Shown: positions 56,888 to 64,000 of the stretch, one piece after another
Numbering within the stretch: position 1 is the first letter of the stretch
Layout of the letters: each line of letters opens with the position of its first letter
NCBI GenBank assembly: GCA_951406725.2
Contig: OX597826.1
Location: forward strand, 24,242,001 to 24,306,000
Direction of reading: 5' to 3'
DNA from: Octopus vulgaris
Taxonomy: Eukaryota
DNA length: 64,000 nucleotides
Notes under the pieces: model-generated
The model's database searches: none
What the model was told of the DNA's origin: nothing
The model's input: only the letters and a program-made list of their open reading frames with translations
Position numbers and translations under genes: made by a program

Positions 56888-59800
56888 TACATATATATGT
56901 ATATAATGCTATATTTCTTGATGTCTGTAACTGCATGTATGAAGAGGACTACTGATTGGCTGAATCATTGCTGACATCAGAGAGACTGGCAGACAGACAG
57001 ACAGACAGTAGTACTAAGTTCAGTCAGGTACTTTTGTGTTCCTACACAGATGGACATAAAGACACACAGCACCATAAACAACATTGGTTTTGAGACAGGT
57101 GACACAAAGTATCGTAGGACATACATGTTTGTCTTGTCAATATATGTATATATATATGTCATGGATTCTCTCATCATGAATGACAAATGAGGGTTCAGTA
57201 AAGTAAAATGGTAATCGTGTTCTATGGACATGAATGTGTCTCTTGGAGCGTGCGGGTGTGTTGCAAAACTTTTTGGTAAATGGGACAAGTTGAGGAGTCG
57301 GTTTGCTTGAGTGCTTGTGAATCATTTACTATGTGTTTTCTTGAGTGGATGGCTTTGTTTCATGCCACAAAACCACGATGACAAGTATATGTGTGTATGT
57401 GTGTGTATTTGTTCTTTTTTCTATGCTACCATGGTTTGCATGAATACATTACTGAGGCAGTGTTTTATAGCCAGATGCCCTTCCTGTTGCTAACCTTATC
57501 TATTTTTTAAGTAAACGACCTGTTATTCCACATGGCTTCAAGGTTTATGATTTTCAAAACAAACACCCACACATATATATACATGTGTACACATGCGCGC
57601 ATGCACATATCCACACACTGTGTGTGCACATACACACACTCAGTCACACGTATACCGTGATCTTCTGCACATTCTCAGACTTACTGAATTCCATTTGCTC
57701 AGTCAAATCAATGCTTTGTTGGAAAACTCTTGCCTTAGAGTGGGATTGAACCAGAAAGTTGTGAAACAGGCTACGTAACTCCTCAGCCATATCAGTATAG
57801 TGACACATGTGGCTATGTGGTATGAAGGTTGCTTGCAAAGTGACTTCTACAAGAGCCTTGGACCAACTAAAGCCTTGTAAACAGATTTGAGAGATGGAAA
57901 CTGAAAGAAACCTATCATTTATATGTGTGTCTGTGTGTTTGACCCCATCACCACTTGACAACTGGTGTTGGTTTGTTTATATCCCCCTAACTTAATAGTT
58001 TGGCAAAAGGAACTGATAGAATAAGTTCCAGGCTAAGGGACTAAGTACCAGGCTTTAAAATATTAAGTCCTGAAGTAAATTTGTTCAACTAAATCCTTCA
58101 AAGCAGTGCCCCGGCATGGCTATAGTTTAATGAGTGAAACATATTAAAGATATATATACATATATATCACTTCTAATCACTTCATACTTTGAGGGGGCCA
58201 CCTAGGCACCCCATGACCACTATTTTTATCTCTTTCTAGCTCCACCTGATTATTCTCATCTTCTTTTCTAAAATGTGAGTAGTCATGTAGCTCTGCTGCT
58301 AAAAACTTGTTTTGCTCGGACCCTTTCTATTGTATTGTCTCCTAGCATAAAGCCACCTACTCAGAGTAACTCTTGAAGCTGCATAGCAACCTCACTATTT
58401 CTGGTGGCACAAAAAAAACCCCCCAAACCCCACTACATTCTGTAAAGTGGCTGGTATTAAGAAGGACATCCAGCCATAGAAACCATGTCAAAGCAGACAC
58501 TGTTATTTCATATTATTCATCAGACATGAGACAGATTCCTCTTTGGACTGAATACTGCTCTTCAGTGTGTGATATTTCTTGAAAATCTGAATGGGTACAA
58601 TGTACTATCTAGAAAGATTTCCATCTACAATAACATAATATGTGAAAATTTATGTCCTATTAAAGAAATTGGTCCAATACTTTTTCCACTGGGCCATCTT
58701 GCTTCTGCTGTTTAATATGAACTTGTGCCCCTATGGTTTCAAAGGGTTTGGCAGGGGGTTAAGAGGGTGCTGTTAGGCTTGACATTTTAATTGTCTGAGA
58801 GTCAATATGATAAATACCAGTCAATTGTCTTTCAGCACTTGATTTCATTTAATTACACCTTTCCTCCAAAAATGTGTGGCTGTGCGCCAAAACTGCAAAT
58901 TATTATTATCTAATTAATTATTTCCTTTCCAAAGTAGTAAGTCAGTGGAATTACTAAATCATTGCAGTATTCATACTGACACTCTGCTTGCTGAGTTCAA
59001 ACCCAACCAAGGTCAATTTTGATTTTCGTCTTTTCATGGTCAATAAAATATAGTACCAGTCATGTAACAGGGTCAATGTAATTATTTATATCCTTTCCCC
59101 AAATTTCTGATCTTATGCTTATGTTAGAAACAATAATTGTATTTTCTGGCATACAGGTCAACATAGCATATGGTGTAAACATGAAGTGTAAACATTCAAG
59201 CATCATCTCTATCTTTCCAAATCTTGCAGCATTTCACATGGAGTTTTTGGTTCTCCAAAGTCATTTTGGTATCTAAGTTGACCTACCTTTATGTTTTGGG
59301 CTATAAATTTTGATCTGAAAAATTCAACTTGTATGTTGGAGAATATGGCATTTCTTTTCCATTTGTATTGACTTCAGGAGCCAAAAGTCCTTCTTTTGGT
59401 TTTTAATTATTTCATACCTGTTTAACTTTTAGCGTACTGAAGGCAAATCATTTCACCATACAAGTTTTCTCCCCTCTCAATGTGTGTGCAGCTACAGGGG
59501 TGAAAACTCATATAGAGACATGCTTCACCTTCAGCATGCTGAAGGTTAATCTTCATCATCAGTTTTACATTTGCTTTTCCATGCTTGGAAGTATATTGGA
59601 GCAGAGTTTCCCCACAACCAGATGTCCTTTTCTGGTACTGAGCCACACTTGTTTCCAAGGAATCTCTATAATTTCCTAGTCAGTTGAACAACTAACTACC
59701 TGGACATGGTTATGTGGAGAACTAGAAACAGTTGACACCATATGAATGAGCTTTTTGTTTACAAGTCACAAAACATGCGATGTTTTGTAGCAGACTACAA

Positions 59801-60932
59801 ACAGAGTCACTTCATTTGGCCCCATAATTGTGACTGTGCCAGCAAACATGTAACCATGAGATAAAATACAAAGACACACATGCACACAAATACACACGTG
59901 TGTGTGTGTGTGTGTGTGAAAAGTGTAAAGACCCCATTCAGTCATGAATGACCATGAGATTGCACCAAGGAAGTTCCCCTCCAAGGCACAAGTTTGGGCA
60001 AGGTTGTTTATGGAAGACCAGCAGTCACCCATGTGTACCAGCCTCCCTTCTCCACACCATTAATGTTATCCAAGGGAAAGGCAAAGCCTGTCATACACAC
60101 ACAACAGGTTTCTTTTGGTCTTCCATTTAGCTAACTCACTGTAGTTGAAGACACTTGCCTAAGGTGCCTCATTCTGGGACCAAACCCAAATCCATGTGGC
60201 TGGGAATTGAACTTCCCAAGTGCACAGCCATACCTCTTTCCAATCTTGTGATCTGAAAGAGCCCACAAAGCAGCAGTACCTTACCATTGATAAACCATTA
60301 AAAAACAGAAATTTATCTGATGTATTCTTCTCATTATCCTATCTGCTCCTTGCAAAGTCATTTGTTTTTGTCTTCGTTTTTCACTCTTCATCTTCTTCAC
60401 TCTTCTATCTGTCTGGCTTATCTCTCAAAGACCATTCCTAAAACTTATACTACCATGTACGTTCAATTTCATGCCTGAAGACCTTGCAATAACAATTTCA
60501 CACATTCTTGCCTTTATCATCATCATCATCATCATCATCAAAACAGTGAGCTGGCAGAATTGTTAGTGCACCCAGACAAGATGCTGAACAACATTTCTTC
60601 TGGTTCATTATGTCCTAAGTTCAGATCCTGCCCTGGTCAACTTTGCCCTTCAGGGTTTGTAAAGTAATGTCCCAGTTTAGCACTAGGGTCAAAATAATCA
60701 GCTAGCCTTCCTGCTTCCCCCAAATTTCAGCCATTGGGCCTATATTAGAAAGAGATTATTATTAAAGCAGCAAGCTGGATGCAACATTTAGCGGCATTTC
60801 ATCCATCTTTACAGAGTTCTCAATCCAAATTCTACCCAGGCTCACATTATGTTTCATACTTTCAGCATCGTTAAAATAAGTACCTGTTGATTACTTCAGT
60901 CAAAGTAACTGTCTGTCCCTTCTTCCCTCACA

Positions 60933-60966
<34 letters not shown>

Positions 60967-60968
<2 letters not shown>

Positions 60969-61148
60969 TGACCACTAAATCCACAAGTTTTTCTATTCTC
61001 TCTCTGTTTATTTTCCTTATTCCTTTCTGTTGAAGAGTGTAGGCTCGAAACGTAAAACACTGTCTCACTTTCCCAAGCGTCAAACTAATACACCTGCTTG
61101 TTGTTCATACACCTGTCATTGTCTTTTGTTTTTTTGTAAATTTCAACT
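60967..61148 (+). mobile_element. Penelope-like pLTR remnant with hammerhead-like motif (61027-61053)
   Basis: CTGTTGAA-GAGT-GTAG-GCTC-GAAACGT; layout like 6650-6915. Confidence 0.55.
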
Positions 61149-61203
61149 ATATATATAAGCAATAATAAATCTCTGAGCAAGGTATAAACAGTAGCTGCAC
61201 AAC

Positions 61204-61565
61204 ATCGTGAAGTATATTTACCACCTAAATGTGGCTAACACTTAAGGGTTGATGCTACTGTAGCTTTTAGTCCCAAGAAGACATCTCCAGCTGGCTATTA
61301 ACACACTTTCTGTGCCCTATCAGTATTTGCAAAGGGAAGTCATCGTTCCCATCTCCAGCCTGACGTGATACACACAGACCCGAGTTTCTGGGTATTGACC
61401 TGTCATCAGCGTGTGACAACCACCAGTTGGCGATGGGAAATGATTCTCAGGCACAGATAGTGTGTCAATAGCCAGCTGGAGGAGATGTCTTCCTGGGACT
61501 ACAAGCTACAGTAGCCTCAACCCATATGGGTTAGCCACATTTAGATGACAAATATACTTCACGAT
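61204..61565 (-). mobile_element. fold-back element with apical hammerhead
   Basis: Arms ATCGTGAAGTATATTT...TGTGCC and GGCACA...AAATATACTTCACGAT are inverted. Confidence 0.75.
61371..61415 (-). ncRNA. candidate type I hammerhead ribozyme
   Basis: Minus strand: CACACG CTGATGA CAGGT CAAT ACCCA GAAA C TCGG GTC TGTGTG; stem I, core and GUC site present; stem II partly mismatched. Confidence 0.65.
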
Positions 61566-62674
61566 ATATATATATATGTGTGTGTGTATATATATATGCA
61601 TACATACATACACGCATACACACCCACTCACATACACACCAGGCTTCTTTTAGTTTCTGTCTACAAAATTCACTCACAAAGCCCCAAGCTACAGAAGACA
61701 CTTGCTTAAGTGCCATGCAGTGGGACTGAATCCGAAGCCACATGGTTGTGAAATAAACTTCTTGAACCACACCAGTTGTTATCTGTGTGTGTGTGTGTTT
61801 ATGCTTGTCTTTACACTGGCAGTGTTTGAGTGATGCAGAAAGCTGCATATTCTAGGGAGAATGATTTGAAATCAGTAAATTTCTTTAATGCAAAAGTACC
61901 TGGAACTCTGCTGATTCTTTCATTGTTTGGCTTATATTTTTCTCCTGAGGTCAGCGCAATGGAATCTTAGTATCATTCACGTAGAACACCAGCTGTGGGC
62001 AACATTAAGTAAAAATATGATTATGATGTGCATTACTGCAAATAACTATTGATATTATTATTCTAGAAAAAGTAGTAGTGGTGGTGGACAGTTTATCTTA
62101 TCTTTTTTGCGGTTGGAAAGGTAATGAATAGGATCCAATTTTCCAACAAAATTTCATGGGTGAAGTGGTGCAGTATCTGAAGTTCATTAGAAATGGATGA
62201 ATAAATGAACTGAGGGGGAGGGAGGGAGAGAGAGAGAGAGAGTGTGAGCCAGAGTGAATGTTTGAGTGTGAGGTTATTCTGTAAACTCATTTCAAGCAGT
62301 TGGTTGCCATAGAGTAATTGTACTTTAATTGTAACTGAAGATAGTGATCTTAATGGTAGTTGTGGTAGTGATGCTGCTGGAGAAGATAAGGATGTGGTGG
62401 TGGTGGTGGTGAAGGAAAAAGTATGTGGGTGTGGCTTAGGAACTGATAACCCTGTTGCTGTTACCAATTTTGATGATTGCAATGTTAGGAACAAAATTTA
62501 CACAATAATATTCAAGATGCTGCTGCTGATGATGATGATGATGATGATGGGCATTCATGGTGATTACAAGATTCATGACAATGATGTTGATGATGATGCT
62601 CGTATGTTACATTTGCAACACATTGGCTAATGAGAAATACACATTCATTTTCCTCAGTGGTATACACATGCATA

Positions 62675-62725
<51 letters not shown>

Positions 62726-63054
62726 CTATGAATTCATGTGTGTGTATATATACACCCACACAATATGGGATAATTGTTTACAAATACTTGCCAATTATTT
62801 GGTGGACAAAATTGTGTGCAGGTGTGTTATATTGTAAACACGACTATTTTAATTACCACACGGAAGAGACATTTTAGCCAATTAAAAATACATAGAGACT
62901 GTTAACTTCACTGAAACGATTATTATTTGGTGTCAAACATTTTTGTCACACCAACTGCAACTTGGTCAGTGATGCAGTTCCATTATGTCTGGCTTCTGGA
63001 GAGGTTGTCAGTTAGCGTATATAGGTTTCAGGATTATAAACTTTTCATCTACAT

Positions 63055-63366
63055 CTGTGGTTCCCAAAGTTTTTTCTGGTTGCCACTCCCTTGACAGCTA
63101 GGCCACATTCCTAGCATCCCCCACCCCAACTAACCACCACAAACTAGACCCCTTTCTGAAGCAAATTCAAAGCAACTGTATTTCACAAATAAAACTTAAA
63201 CCTAATGAACCCATTATGTTGTTGTTTTTACATAGATCACTGTGCCATTATTGCCCCACTTTTTCCATGAATCTCTACCCCATTATCACACCACTTTTCT
63301 ACACCGCCCCCTTGGATCTTTCCACCACCCCCAGTGGAGCAATACTGCCCACTTTGGGAACAACTG
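63055..63366. mobile_element. hAT MITE with perfect 8-bp TSD
   Basis: CTGTGGTTCCCAAAGT ... ACTTTGGGAACAACTG; ATCTACAT at 63047-63054 and 63367-63374. Confidence 0.9.
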
Positions 63367-63441
63367 ATCTACATTGTTGTCAGTCATTCTGGTTAGGTAC
63401 CTGACAAGTACACCAGCAAAACAACTATTCCAGTTTCTCAC

Positions 63442-63668
63442 TAACCCTTTGGCATTCAGATTACTCTGTCAAAATGTGATGCTTATTTATTTATATTGTT
63501 TAGAATCATCATGCATTATCTCATAGTTTTGAGAGTTCAATGATGTGATTATTTAGTTTCAGGAATGACATTGTAGGGTAAGTGTGAGAGGCCAGATCTT
63601 GTCACTTTGAACATTAAGCAGGTATAATATTAGGGCAAGATTTGACTGGTTCAAATGCTAAAGCATTA
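63442..63668. mobile_element. degraded piggyBac-like MITE
   Basis: TAACCCTTTGGCATTCA ... AAATGCTAAAGCATTA; related copy at ~14442-14581. Confidence 0.55.
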
Positions 63669-64000
63669 GTGAGATCTTTCCCCTTTTTTTTCCCATTTGG
63701 AAGAATATTTTTCCAAATTCTGTCAGTGTGAAGCAACATTAATAGGAAGCACTGCTCATGTTATTGTTTATTGGGGTTTTTTTTTTTTGTTACTTTTTAT
63801 AATATAGCCAGTTGATGAGGAGTTGTTCTCAAGTCCCTTTGCAGGCCCTCTCAGTGGAGTTCATGTAGTCACTGCTCCAGCTTGGACATCAACAAGTCAA
63901 GTCGTTATCACATGAAAATTTGGTTTCATTATTTGCTTCATCTAATTCTGTTACACAATGTTCTGATAATAATGAGCACACACATATCTGTATGCATGTA

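Noticed and set aside
62093-62630. Thr/Ser-rich and poly-Met ORFs
   Set aside because: Decayed (GGT)n/(GAT)n repeats with no recognisable domain.

Overview
AT-rich, repeat-saturated eukaryotic DNA, intronic or intergenic. The SINE families, RTE LINEs and very long (TA)n/(TATG)n tracts suggest an octopus (cephalopod) genome; this is inference. I recognise no host protein-coding gene, and most listed ORFs are YIYI microsatellite read-throughs. Supported content: three 5'-truncated copies and one 3'-UTR fragment of an RTE LINE, a BovB-like RTE fragment with TSD, two CR1-like 3' fragments and an internally deleted piggyBac. Also present are piggyBac/hAT/Tc1-mariner MITEs, Helitrons, a Helentron-type HINE, at least three tRNA-derived SINE families, several fold-back elements with hammerhead motifs (Penelope-like), and a 3.5-kb tandem duplication. 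Four observations stand out. (1) The RTE 3' UTR has a variable-copy, A/B-alternating ~60-nt array whose variation preserves base-pairing between neighbouring units. (2) A C4HC3 PHD finger is inserted inside the RT domain. (3) A palindromic element joins a tRNA-like head to a hammerhead-bearing Penelope-type pLTR and has a TSD. (4) A rod-like fold-back element has a near-canonical type I hammerhead at its apex. All coordinates were read by eye and may be off by a few bases.
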